From the human T2T-CHM13v2.0 reference genome, Homo sapiens, in assembly GCF_009914755.1 (NCBI RefSeq), contig NC_060932.1: a DNA stretch of 64,000 nucleotides. One strand, given 5' to 3'. Below the pieces are notes generated by a model that saw nothing but the letters and a program-made list of their open reading frames with translations, had not been told where the DNA came from and searched no databases. A program made the position numbers and the translations under genes. Positions 48,511 through 63,446 of the stretch are shown piece after piece; position 1 is the first letter of the stretch, and the number at the start of each line of letters is the position of its first letter.

Positions 48511-51062
48511 ATCTACATTCTAAAAGTAACAAAAGGAAAGTGTGTAATTAATACTAAACAAATAAAATCTCTCTTTGTTGCACACTACAAAAATCACACA
48601 TTTATATTTTATATTTAATATAGCTAAATCACCTTTAACAATTCTTTAAGCATAAGCAAAAACTGTTGGGGCATAAATTGCCAATATATGTTGTACAACC
48701 TTATGCTATTTAAAACTTTTATAATTCCTTCCCAATGGCCTTTATCCAGATAATCATTTTTACTCTTCATTTTAAAGGTTTAATTTTGTCTTTAAAATGA
48801 TAAAAATGCTGATTTAATTGTACCACACAACTTTAATGTTCAGAAATCCTACTTTTTGCTACATTTTGTTTTGTTTTAATCATTATAATCTATATATAAT
48901 GAAAATAATTTTATATTATAATTAAAATGCTATTTTACACAAATTGTAAATATCTAAAAGGTGACTAAAAGAAGTCTTGCACAGGAAATGAATTTAAGTG
49001 CTTAAAATATAGATTCTTTCAGAATTAGTATTTGCGAGATTCTATTTTAAGTATAATTTCTTCTGGCAAGGAAAATTCCACTTTAACAATGGTCAGGCTC
49101 ACAGAAAGACTGAATTCTAGATCAACATTTTTATGATTATGAAGTCCCTTAACTTTTATGTGTTTCAGTTTCAAATACATAAAAATAAGTAGTTCAACTG
49201 GATTGTTTTTAAGATCCCTCCAAGTTTAAAGGTCAAAATGCATGAAGAAAAAAACAAAACCATATTGACTCCCAGGTTAACAGAAAGGTTAACAGGAAGT
49301 GTAGAAAGTCACAGATCTGTTTTAGAAAAATGATACTTCTTAAATATTTTATAATTTGAGAACAAAGTCATGTAAGTTATTTATTGCCAAGAATAAATCT
49401 GAAGGAAGGTAGTCTAACTCTTCTTCCAAAACATGGTGTGCATTCTAGCATCCCATATACACAAAGCCATTGCCTCTCTGCCATGTTCCACACAAAGAAG
49501 AGATACCCTGATCATGTTCCCACAGATTCCTTGGCCACAGCTGTAAAGATGTCAGAAGAGCCTCATTTGCAGTGTGCACTATTTGTATTTCTGAATCATT
49601 TAACTTAGCATTAAATAGTTCTGCTGGGGTGTGGGGAGGCCATGGGAGAAGAAAGAAGTCAAGACTTATCCCAAACCTATATATGTGACATCCTTTAATC
49701 CTTCTCAACCATTCACTGAAAGGGTAAGCCATGTCTCCACCTCATAATCCGTTTCCAGAACTCCTTGCATATCCATCAGAAAGATGGACTAGCATGTGCC
49801 TGGCATCACCCGAATCCCTTTGGGACATGAAGGTCCCTCTCCGGACCCCTTTGTGCTTAGGCCTGGAGAGCACACTCTCTTTAGGCTCTATTTTGACTCC
49901 ACCTCTAGAGGACAGGAAATGACTTCAGGAGTTTCTGCCCATTCCACCGAATCCCTTTCCTGTGTCCAGGCTGCCGTTTGGGCTGTGGTTCTGTCATTAG
50001 CCAGTGCTAGTGGGGCACAGACCATGGCGTGTTCTCTGAGCTGAAGTTGGGTCTCTTCAGCAACAGATTCTACGACTCTGTTCTATAAACAGAGTCATAG
50101 AACATTTAAAGCAAATGAGAAATATATCTTCTTCTAAAAGAAAAAGTATTCTTGTAAAGAAAAAAAAATTATCATTCTAATCATTCCTAATGAAGTAAGC
50201 TGCTTGAGTCTATCTCTATGTTTATTTTACATTAAATACGAATTTTTAGAGGTAAAACATAAATAATACAGTAGAGGTAAAACATAAATAATACAGGCTG
50301 TCTGATCAACTTCTTACAGTCAAAGGCACCTACAATAACTGTGATAAGTATCTATTACTGTCTCACAAAGCAATACCAGAAAATCTAATATCTAATGAAA
50401 CTGACAAAAAAGAGAGCCTATATGAGCTTTCACTCATAAATCATAATTAGCTTTCAAAGACTAATATAATTCATTATGAATATAAACCTTGATAAGATAA
50501 AACTATGAAAATTTCATGACTTCAAAGCCTTCAATTAAAATTAAAATGTGTTATTTGAAAACCTGATTTTTATGCACATGATAGATAAAATGCCAAAAAA
50601 AAGGCATGAAATACTGAAATCAACTTTAACAAGCTCTAGATTTAAATAACAAAACAAAATCAAATACAGAGCTTAGGGCTCAAAGAATGAGTTTTTAAAC
50701 TAAAATAAAGAAAATGAGTTTTCCAGAAATTAATGTTTTTAAATTAATACAATGGTAAAGAAAAATTATTTTGAATCTTAAATTGGATGACATGTTTTTT
50801 ACTTCAAGAGGAAGTACAACTGTTAGAATAACTTGACCCAGGATCTAGTGAATGTCCAACCCTTCTCCAAATTCAGGCTATACAACTACATGTCAGGAAA
50901 GTTTGCATGGCCACTAGAAGGTTTAATTCGTACTGTTATAAGCCAACATTCAATTTTTCCTTACCTTTTATTCTTAGTTAGTGCTTCATTTATTTTCAGA
51001 GAGTGATTAAAATGAGAGCAATACACAGGAAACAAGGCTGGGGATGAAAACGCATTTCTTAC

Positions 51063-51251
51063 CCTGGCAGAGTGGCGTGAGGGAGTCCCACTGGTACATG
51101 CCAAGTGGGTTTCGTCTACAGGTTGCATTGCTGTGGCCGACCATTCGGTATCCAGGCTTGCAAAAATAATGCACTTTGCTTCCAACCGCTCCTGCAGTCC
51201 TGTTTAGAATACCCCCATTCTTCAGGGGGTGGGTCAAACTGCAGTAAGGTG
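51063..51251 (-). CDS. CSMD1: CSMD1 coding exon, Sushi/CCP domain (APYCSLTHPLKNGGILNRTAGAVGSKVHYFCKPGYRMVGHSNATCRRNPLGMYQWDSLTPLCQ)
   Basis: Four Cys plus Trp in CCP spacing (C...NG...Y-x-C-x-PGY-x-x-x-G...C...W...P-x-C). Acceptor cccacAG at 51252-51253, donor AGG|GTAAG. 189 nt, phase 1-1. Confidence 0.96.
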
Positions 51252-51510
51252 CTGTGGGCAGACAGACACACACAGAAATAAGTCAACAAGCAAACAAATG
51301 GCCAGTGCCATTGCCTTTGTGAGAGTCTATAAATGAATGGCTTCTCATTTCCAAAAGGTAGGAAATGAGCACCAGTATGTAAGTTTGTTCTAAAGAGCAT
51401 TCCAAAACTTGAGAGTCTAAGAGGCAAGTCTCTTACTCTGAAGTTGAGATGATCTGCAGCTCTGAGTCAATGTGAAGCTAGGATCCTGAATACAGTACTG
51501 TGAGAAACAT

Positions 51511-51727
51511 CAAGAGTATCCAATCTTTAGGCTTCCCTGGGACACACTGGAAGAAGAATTGTCTTGGGCCACACATAAAACACACTAACACTAATGATAG
51601 CTAAGGAGCTATAAAAGAAACTGCAGAAAAATCTTATAATGTTTTAAGAAAGTTTACAAATCTGTGTTGGGCAGCATTCAAAGTCATCCTGCGCTGTATG
51701 CAGCCCACAGGCTGCAGGTTGACTTGG
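51511..51727. mobile_element. MER30 hAT DNA transposon
   Basis: tccaatctttaggcttccctgggacacactggaagaagaattgtcttgggccacacataaaa...aatgttttaagaaagtttacaaatctgtgttggg matches the recalled MER30 consensus. Confidence 0.85.
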
Positions 51728-54001
51728 TCTAGAGGGATCATTTTGAATGACCTCACTCACCTCTCTAAAGCAGCTTACTGACTTAAATAAGCACATCTGT
51801 CACCAGGATAAAAGTGATAGGGTACTGCACAAGACATCATATTTGAAACAAAAATATTCTGCATGTTTTTTAAGTGTTGTTAAAACAGAGAAAGTAGAAA
51901 TATATAACATTTTCTTAATCAAGGCCATTAATTTCTTTCCTTTTGACTGTTCAGTGAAACTTCTGGACTGTACAATGATGTAGATATTAACCTTCTTTTT
52001 TAGCATATGGGATTTGAATGAAATCTTTGAAGAAAATGCATTCTCTTGAGTCAATTACAATCTCACAATAGCTTTAATCATCCCTCTTTGTAAGGAGACA
52101 TTTTAAAACTAGAGATGGGCATTTGTTAAAATAATAATTTTACCCACACAGAATGTCATATTTATGGCTAAAAGTCTCTGCATCTTATTTACACGTTTAG
52201 ACAAAGAAACTTGCTTCATCTGCACAAGGCTAGGTCACTACTGCATAAGGCGAGGTCACTACTACACAAAATCCTAGGAACTCACTTCAGATGAATTTAA
52301 ACAATACAACAGAGAAGGTCCTTAAGAACTGGGAATTCTCAGTTTCTTTTTAAAGAATTTTAGATCTTCCACTTCCCTCTGGGGCTTCCATATAAAAGCA
52401 CACACATGCAGGTCTGAATGCTTAACATTGCTCCTTTCCTTGGAAATACATTCAGAAGAAACCTTCTGAAGGTCTTCTATCATAGTGGTGCCCAGAAGCA
52501 ACATCTATGTGTCTGGCCTCAGTTGTCAACCATGTTCCTACGAGAAGTGTCCTCAGAAAATATTCTCAGCTGGGTGAGCCTCTGAAGTACCATTTCCTTT
52601 TTTTTAATGGGCTGATTTTTCTTAACTGAAAATCCACTATCATAAGAATCTCTTGATTCACAGCTCCATTGGCCACACCATGTTCTACCTCCAGTTATTT
52701 CTAGACCAAATTCTTCTAAGTTTTGAATGAACCAAAATACTTAGTTTAGACAAAGTATGAGTACAATCAGGCACCCTGAATATCAATGGCTTGGAATCAC
52801 TGTGCTAGTAAAAAAAAAAAAAAAAAAAAAAGTTAATAAAAAATAGAAGGAACAATCAGACTGTAGATTCCTCTCCAAAGTCATAGATAAGTTAAATAAA
52901 GTTTGCAGGAAGTGAGACCATGAGGCTCTAACTCTACAGATTCCAATAAGGCTCCGTTTTCTTTTACTGTGTTTCTTCTCTCACCAGCCCCTCAACATAC
53001 CTCTTCTTTCCTAACTCACTTAGGATAAGACATGAAGGGCCCTACAGGGGAAACCATAGCACAGAATACAAAGAGAGACTGGAGCAGGGGCCCTGCCAGC
53101 CCAACTCCTGCTGCAGGAAGAGGAATTCAGAGGAGCAGGGCCTGGTCCTTCCACTCTGCTGGTGCAGCCTCGGAAAAGCTGGGATATAGAATGAAAAGTC
53201 TAATGGGTACCCAGGTGAGAGAAGACTGGGACAGGTGGATATTCTGGAATTTCGGTGTGAATGCCAAACCAGTCTGTACTTTCAACCCGCCCAATACAGA
53301 AGCTTTCATTTGCTTCTCATAGTATGAAAAGGACATTGTTAATTCAGCCTGCGCTTAGCACAGTTTACGGAATTGTCCAGAACCACTGTTCGCAGGCATT
53401 TCTTTGTCTTTTTTAACTTGGATTTCCAATTATGATGATTCATTATATTGCTTTTATGCCTGAATGATCAAGAGTTTACGTGCATAGGGCAAATACATGT
53501 TGGGGATGCAACGTGTGGTCATGTGACAATATCATGGGCTAGAGTTCCCTTGGCCACATGTTAATATTTTAGGGACACTTTCATTTAATCAATGCTCAAA
53601 AATTACTGATGCTGACCTAGCAGAGATCACTGAGTCATCAATTCTAAGTAAAAAGCTGTGAGATAGATAAAGAATTTTTTATATTCACATATGACACGTG
53701 TCTATCTATCTGCCTCTCTTTCTCTCTCTCTCTCTCCACTTAAACAACATAAAATTGTGTACTCTTCTTCTCCCAATACAGTTTAACAATGAGGCTCTCC
53801 TTGTGGTATGACAACAAATAAAATACCCTTTGAAAGACGTAGAAATCATTGTTCTCACAATTGAGGATATAATCATATCACCAGGCTACTAAGAATTTCT
53901 CTGCAGGTAAAACAAGATAAATTATGTTCATCATGATTTTCTCTGAGCTGACCATGTTTCCACATTGGAAAAATTCAAACACCTTTAAGAGTCTGACTAT
54001 C

Positions 54002-54364
<363 letters not shown>

Positions 54365-55481
54365 TCATTGCATCGATGTCTTTGTAGCAAAGGTCTGAGT
54401 ATATTTTATTAAACCTTCCAGAGGAAGAATATCTGAATTTCTTGCCTGTTATCCTCACATCAAGGGCCTTTCAAAATCTTGATGCTTTTTACCATTTTAT
54501 ATGTCTACCAACCAGAGTGAGCTAAAACCTTATTCTTACAACTGCTGTTTTAAGACTGTTTCCTGGTTTTCCCTTTGGACGCTCGTAGTCCCTAAAGACG
54601 TAAAACACCAACACAGTAATAAACAATCCTCCGTCAGCACATATTGTTCACTTCCCATACACAATGAGCATCTTTCACGGGAAAACATAACTTGAAAGCT
54701 GTCAAGGGCATTGCTGAGTGAGATTTTGAGAAAAGTTTAGATTTTCTGCTTAGTAATTGAAATGTGCTCAGGAATTAAGAGTCTGCCTACTGCTTCTGTA
54801 GGAAAGTTTAAAGAATAGTGTGGTCAGATCCTACTGATGATTGTATACAGGATTTAATGTCTAATAAATATATTGACTGATTTGATCAATTTGTTACTAA
54901 TTGATTTAGTTAATATAAATCACTGCTGGCAGAGAATGATTACAGTATATAAAGGGCAAAATAATTTACATTTTGATGAGGAATATATATTAAACATATA
55001 TTTATTATGTATATGGTTATTTGTACAAATATATATATACACATACATGTAGTGTGAAACATACATAAAGAGACCTGCAGATAGATACAAAAACATAACT
55101 ATTAATAGTAAGAGATTATCATCACTTATGCAATTAATAGAAATACAATTATCTTTTTCTATTTGTTTGCTTACCATTTAAACATATTTTAAAATTAATT
55201 TTGATTATATTAGTTTATCTTTTGGAAAATGTCTTTGCTTTCTATAATATGAATTTCAGCAGTTTATAATTTTAACAATAAAATTCTAAATATTAAGCAA
55301 CAAATTTCCTAATGTAGTTTAGAGGAATCATTCAGAATAATTACCCATCATATATTTCTACTGTAGTTAATTATTAATCTTTAAGAATTAGGATTATACT
55401 ATAAATTTCTATTTAAATTGTTTTATTCAATGAAAATCACCTGTTTTAAAATACTTTCATATAAAATCTAAACCTCATTTA

Positions 55482-55709
<228 letters not shown>

Positions 55710-57026
55710 TTACACTGGAGTCTACGTGTGCAATACACAGATATAATTATTACAAAAGTGGACAACAAATTCCAAATGGCTATAGTGACAGATATATTTT
55801 CTGATAAAAATAAGACAATAATGTACAAAAAGAATTTCAGGTGCATATGCTATTAATGGTGTCATATTTAAATAAGCCTTGTCTATAAAACAGCAGTACC
55901 CGAAAAAAATGAAAGTAATATGTATTGTTGTTAGTATTTACAATATTGTACTTACACAGGAAAATAGAAACTTTCATGTAATACTAGTGGAAGCGTAAAG
56001 TAGTAGAATCACTTTGGAGGGCTGTTTGGTAATATCCAGTAAAATTGAAGGTTTAATTATATTTCTATGAACCCTAGCACATGTACGCAAGTATTATTTA
56101 TATAGTGAACATGTGTATTCTAACACTATTTCTCATGGCAAATTTTAGATCAAACTAGTAATTTGGAGTTTTAAAAAAAGAATTGAAGATTCCATGAAAA
56201 AGAATTAGATTCATACAGCATTAAAATTAACAAACTAGATATACACATATCCACATAGGTAATTCTTAACATAACAGATTATTACTAAAAATATATATTT
56301 AGAGATAAATATAATAGGATAACAATTATACAAAAAATAAAAAATGCAACATATAACATGTGTATCTGTGGACGATAGATACACAAATAATTATAAAACA
56401 TGCATAACCATGACCCATGCAACTCCAACTTCAGAATACTAACTTCCTCTAGGAGAGGCACAAGTGGAATTGGATATGGGTGAAGCTTCTAAATTTACCT
56501 GTACACATTGCTTCTTTATAAGATGAGGGCCTAAAGTAAATTTGACAAAGCCCTGAAATTCATATCTAGTTTTTTCATTTTTCACCTGTCTATGGTATTT
56601 GAAATTGTTTTAAAAACGTTGAGACAACAAAGTTAACATTGAATGTATAGGTAAGAAAAGAAAGCACAGTGGAGAGTCACCCGGCATTGCCCTCATCACC
56701 ATAACCCAAAACCATTTTTCAGGAGAAATTGCTTCATGGCACTGGGGCTTGCCAACAACGCTACTCTGTAATGAGCTCAGCATTATCTCATACTCGTAAA
56801 AGCGTTCATGGCATTTTGCATTTCACAGTTCACTCCTAGGGAACACATTATGGACTGGGAGAATGCAGCTCTCGTTGTTCATAATACAAATGCTATGAAG
56901 TAAAGTGACAGCTGTCTTTGTTGTTATACCTAAAATTTTATTTGTGCAAAGATACTGAGAAACCATACTCCACTCACCGTGTAACTCCCAATCAGAGCAG
57001 TTCTCATGATTTTTTTCAAGTAAGAC

Positions 57027-57752
<726 letters not shown>

Positions 57753-58050
57753 TTAAATAATCGGGCAATGCTGACTTTGGTCAGAGAGAAGGAGGATGAG
57801 AAGAAATGATATTAATAGATCTTACTATGAAAAATGTCATGGCTAAATTTCCTGGGAGATGCCCTGCAAAAGAGTGGCTGGTATTTCATAATCAAAGACA
57901 AAGCGTGTTTGGTATGTTGGTTTGCTTTTTGGCGTTTAAAAGGATAATGTATATTCTGAGATAAAATGCCACTGGTAAATTAATTAACCTGAATTTATGA
58001 TATTTTGAAATGTCATTTTTAATGACAGAACTCAAGAGTAGAGTTTTAGG

Positions 58051-58373
58051 GTTTTTTTTTATTTTATTTATTTTTTTATTTTTTTATTTTTTGAGACAGA
58101 GTTTTGCTCTGCCTTCCAGGCTGGAGTGCAATGGTACAATCTCGGCTCTCTGCAACCTTTGCCTCCCGGGCTCAAATGATTCTCTTGCCTCAGGCTCCTG
58201 AGTAGCTGGGATTACAGGCGCCTGCCACTGCGCCCAGCTAACTTTTGTATTTTTTAGCAGAGACGGTTTCACCACGCTGGCCAGGCTGGTCTCAAACTCC
58301 TGACCTCAGGTGATCCATTCACCTCGGTCTCCTAAAGTGCTGGGATTACAGGCGTGAGCCACTAAGCCTGGCC
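58051..58373 (-). mobile_element. AluSx
   Basis: Antisense Alu with gacctcaggtgatcc; TSD agttttagg at 58042-58050 and 58374-58382. Confidence 0.92.
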
Positions 58374-60214
58374 AGTTTTAGGTATTCTTAATCCAGCATC
58401 TGAACCCTCATAATGTTCTATCTGTTCTCTTTGTCTAAAATGTAACTAACTTTCTAGAAGGAATAGTCTTTAAAAGCACATATTCAAACTGGCATGTGCA
58501 GAAAACCAGCACGGCAGTAAAGGAAGGTATCCATTTCTGTTACCAAAATGGAAACTAAGTATTCCACCAGTGTACACTGTAATTTTAATTTTGACAGTCT
58601 TCTCAACTGAGTTTCATAATGATTAAAATACTGTGTTTTAAAAAGCATTATGGGATATCCACTACTTAAGCCATAGAGAGTAATATACTCTTGAGATAAT
58701 AAAGTATAAAATCAATATATTCAACATGTTTTTTGGTCCACCTATGAACTATAAAAGAGCCCGTCTTACAAAAAAAAAAAAAAAAAAGAGAGAGAGAAAG
58801 AGACAGAAAGATATGAACATGACATTTACTGCAACAAAAATGTCATCGCTTAAAAACATATTCACATAAAACTCTGACCTTTCACTTTGTAGAAAAAACT
58901 TTAAGACCAGACAATCCTAGTCACTGATTTCTGATAATTTTGACAGCAAGTATTATGCTATTGTCTCTAACGTATTTTACCTGTTGTTTATAATGGCTAT
59001 GATCTGTCCAAATTTGCAGGAGATCAAATTGCAAGCCATGAGTGCATAAATTATTGATAAATAATTTGCTCCTGAAAGTAAGAGACTTAAAAGCATGGCC
59101 AGTATATTTCAATTCAACTACTGTGAAACAAAAGAACATGCATAAGTTCAAAATAATTAAATATAATTTTATGTCCTTTGTAGGGATATATATGTCTATA
59201 TATATACAAACACAAACACAGACATACAGCCTGTGAGGTTGGATGCTCTACATTTTAATTTTTGCATAATACCTAATAGGCCTCAAATAGAGTTTACCTC
59301 TCTTCTTCCTCAACAAGAGAAACCCCATTTTTATACTTGCGTAATGAGTTACTTCTCTCTACTCTACAGACTAAAGAAAAAGTTGTAAATAATGTATGTT
59401 TGTTTTAATATACACATTTAAAAAGCCATGCTCTGAAAATGAAAATATTGCTCTCCAGTCCTCTGCTTCTATATACAAAAATGTGAGTTTAATTTCCAAT
59501 TTATTAATTCATTTTTGAAAATACATTAATTGATTCAGTGATGTCTATCCATACAAGCAATTTGACTCATCAACTCAGTAAAGTGAATACAAACACACAT
59601 CAAATCCATTAGAATAATTTATTTTTTTCACTGAATTGATTGTAATTTATCTGAACTCAATGACAAATCTTTCAAAATATGTGAAAACCCTGTTATTATG
59701 TACAGCCATAATTGTAACTGGTCTAATTTTCTGGGCTATGACGGTTTCACACAAAGAGAAATATTAACATTCCTTCCATTTCAAATTGACGATTCAACCA
59801 CATATTACTTTTAATCATATCACTGTTAAAATTTTCATTGAAATTGCAAAAAAATCATAAGACTATTGTTGAAAACAGTATTGCATGTGTTCAGTTAACC
59901 ATATTTCACTATTTCAAAGAATCACACTTGAAAAACTCCTGTAGCATTTATCATCTAGAAATCTCTGTGAGCCATGATTTTTACATATTTCCAGTAAAAT
60001 AATTATTTAGATGACAAAAATACCTCTAGGCCTAAGTTTCCTAAAATATCTTGTGAATTGATATTATATATAGGAGAGAGAGAAAGAGTTATTGAGATCA
60101 TCTTCTCTAAATCACTGTGTTAAAAAAATCAAATAATGGTTAAAGAAAATTTGGTACACTTTCAGGGTGTATTCCTAAGCATTCTAACTGTTTGAAAAGT
60201 GACAATGTTAACAA

Positions 60215-60608
60215 TCCTATGGTTTGGCTGTGTCCCCTCCCAAATCTCTTCTTGAATTGTAAATCCCACAATTCCCACCTATCGTGGGACAAATCTGGTG
60301 GGAGGTAATTGAATCATGTGGGTGGGTCTTTCCCATGCTGTTCTGATAGTAAGTCCCACAAGATCTGATGGTTTTAAAAATGGGATTTTTCCCTGCACAA
60401 GTTCTCTCTCATGTGCGTGCACCCACTCTTTCTCTCTCTCTGTCTCTCATGCCTGCCGTCATCCATGTAAAATGTGACTTGCTCCTCCTTGCCTTCCTCC
60501 ATGATTGTGAGGTCTCCCCAGCCATCTGGAACTGTAAATCCATTAAATCTCTTTTTCTTCCTAGTCTTGGGTCTGTCTTTATCAGCAGCATGAAAATGGA
60601 CTAATACA
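60215..60608 (+). mobile_element. THE1 (THE1A-like) solo LTR
   Basis: tatggtttggctgtgtcccc...atccatgtaaaatgtgacttgctcctccttgcc...ctttatcagcagcatgaaaatggactaataca. Confidence 0.88.
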
Positions 60609-60812
60609 GTACAACAATCATATGGTAATGTTTTACAGACTGCTTGATCTCTTGAGAATGCATAACCCCAAACTAGTTTATTTTTTGTTTGCTTTGGGAA
60701 AACATAAGTTAACTCAAGAATATATTCCAGTCTTTATGTTACTAAAACATTGTAATAGTGTTTTTATCAATGATGCCGAGGTCACTGCTATACAAAGATT
60801 AAAGAAACTTAC

Positions 60813-61001
60813 CATCAAACACTTCCAGTGCATCAAACTGCTTTTCACTTTGAAATGTGTCCACAAAGATGGTAATGTTGTAGTTTGGTTCCACTTTAAT
60901 ACTCCAAGAGCAAGTCTGGGAGTTAAAATAATTACCCGGATACCCTGGACTGAGAATGACTCCCGATGATCCAGTCCGGACTTCATTTGCTGGGCATTGT
61001 G
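60813..61001 (-). CDS. CSMD1: CSMD1 coding exon, N-terminal part of the last CUB domain (AQCPANEVRTGSSGVILSPGYPGNYFNSQTCSWSIKVEPNYNITIFVDTFQSEKQFDALEVFD)
   Basis: CUB motif (G-x-I-x-SPGYP-x-x-Y...C-x-W...D-x-L-x-V-x-DG) in ORF 60799..61023. Acceptor tctctccAG at 61002-61003, donor G|GTAAG at 60811-60812. 189 nt, phase 1-1. Confidence 0.96.
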
Positions 61002-61416
61002 CTGGAGAGAAAAGTACCAGCAAAAGTTTGCTTTAATAAAATGATTCCAACTGCAATAGGATAGTTTCTATCCCTGTATAAACAAGTCAATGAAAGGAAA
61101 AAGCAATCTTATTGAGCTCTGGCCAAATTTAATACCGAATGCAAACACAGAGGGAGGGCAACATTGAATAATCATGAGAATTGTGCATCTTTCTCTTTGC
61201 AGTTCTCTACACTCAGCCTGCACACTCCTTTGGCCCCTGCATCTCCCACAGACCTTAATTTGGGGCAGATGCATCCTGGATTTCATCATACAATGCAAGA
61301 TTTCCTAACTCTACTACAAAGAAGAACCTCACCATTTCAAAAGAGTATTACAGAAACACAGTGAAATGTTATGCAATAAGAAAAGAAAACTCAGATTTAT
61401 TTTGGCTTTAAATATA

Positions 61417-61744
61417 CAGTAGCCCTCCCCTTACCCCTGGGGATACATTCCAAGAGCCCTAGTGATGCCTGATGCTGCAGATGGTCCAGAATCCTACGTC
61501 GTTTCTGGTGCAATCACATCATACAGGGCAATGGATATACTGGACAAAGCTGGGATTCATGTCCTGGGTGAGACATAGCCCGGGGATGATGACAGATTTC
61601 ATCAGGCTATTCAGAACAGTGCAAAATTTTAAATGTGTTGTTATTTCTGGAATTTTTCATTTAATATTTTCAGACTGTGCTTGATCACAGGTAACTGAAA
61701 TTGCAGAATGGAAAACCTCGGATCGGGGGTGGGGGGAACTACTG
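61417..61744 (-). mobile_element. MER44A-like TcMar-Tigger element
   Basis: Terminal inverted repeats cagtagccctcccc / ggggggaactactg with TA target-site duplications on both sides. Confidence 0.85.
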
Positions 61745-62944
61745 TACTTAGCATAGTAATATTTAAACGTTCGATGTGATTGCTCGGGACCCTGGGAAGA
61801 GGAAGAATTAGAGACCTGGTCTCAATCCCACATGGGACATCTCAGCAGGAGCCCTGATTCCTAAGGGATGAATTAATTGTAAATGTATCATGAAGATACT
61901 ATGGATACATCGTATCTTTTCTCCTCTTGCTTTTTGAAAAATTATTATTCAACTACTTCCAGTTTAATCAACATAAAAACAATCTGCAGAGATCTGGACA
62001 TGCAAAGCAAAACACTAGAGTCTCCTAATTAGTAATTTCTCTCATCACTGAATTATCTTCCAGAAACAGTTTGTGTATAAAACTATTAAGGGAATTTTTT
62101 TTCTATTACTGGTAATGGTTCAAAAATAAAAAATGTATATCAAAATTACTTGTAGAGTGTTAAGAGTTCTATAGTTAATCACCTTTTCCTTAATGAAAAA
62201 GAGCTTTTGTTAAATTTATTTATTGAGTTATCGCCTTTTAATTAGTTAAATGTGTGCTATTTATACATACATTTCAAGATAGAAGCTTTTCAAACAGATG
62301 AGCGAAGCTTATGATATGTGTTTTTATTCAAGTAACTGCCTTTTGAAAAGTAATTTATTTCCTATTTTCTTCCATTTATCTTAGCATTCTAATTAACATA
62401 TATTTTAAAATTTAGAAAATGTTTAGACATAAGACCACCAATCATAAAACATTTCATAGAACTCTTTAAATAACATATATTTTAGGTGAGATTTTAAAAA
62501 TACTTACAATGATAAATTAATGGCAATAATATAAACTAAAATAATCCTAATCAGAACACACAGATTGAAACAACTGAGTTAAAGGTCTAATTTTCTTCTG
62601 TGATGGCGACCTCATCGCTTTGTAAAATACACGATGCCCATTCAAAGTTAATGTGATATTTTAAGAAAGAAAAAATAATGAAATTAGGGTCCGTGCCTGT
62701 GTATATCTGTGCAGGCTAGGACCTCAAGTTTTAGAAGCTCCACAGACCCGCCTTGACTTTGCAATAACAACCAGGGCTTTCCTTGGCTCTGACGTGTAAG
62801 TACAGAGTAATAATAGCTCCCCCTCAGGGTTTTAATTAGAGCCAATATACACAATTTTTTTTTTTTTAAATCTAAAGCACTATGTGGGCAGAAACTGTTG
62901 TAAGGACTAGGGATGATTACAACACATGCCTACCTTTTCATAAC

Positions 62945-63446
62945 TGTTAGGGACCAACCGCCCCAAAAAGCTTCTCGGTACTGCCGACACTCCCCCCAAA
63001 CCCCTCTGTACTGCCCACCTCTCCCCTTAATGCCCTGCAACTCTTCTCCGTGCCGTTCACCCTTCCCCCAAGCCTCTTTACATTTCTAAGCCTTATCCAA
63101 GCGCTGCAGTGAAGCCAGCAGACTTCACTCATCAGACCTTACTACAATAAGCAAACCGCAATTACAAACCATCCAGACCACACAGAGGGAGGTCGTGGGA
63201 AGCATAAATAAACTTTACCTACACCCTCCTGTAAGTTCCTTCATCTAGCTACTGCCATAAACGTCACAAGATAATATATGGCAAAGTTAACCAACAAACA
63301 ACCCCAGGGTCCCTCTCCCCCATATAAACCCCTCATTTTGTAAGCTCAGGGCTGCCTCTTCTGTCTGTGGTGGAGCAGATGGCAGGTTCAATAAACTTAT
63401 TCACCTGACTTTGGGTCTATTCATCCTTCTCTAGGCTGACCTTATA
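62945..63446 (+). mobile_element. Solo ERV LTR (LTR32-like, ERVL class, tentative)
   Basis: Begins tgttagggac; TATAAA at 63323-63328 and AATAAA at 63390-63395; TSD-like ataac / ctaac. Family name is from recall. Confidence 0.75.

Noticed and set aside
52226-52267. 21-bp imperfect duplication with two AGGTCA hexamers
   Set aside because: The 15-nt spacer matches no standard nuclear receptor element; likely simple slippage.
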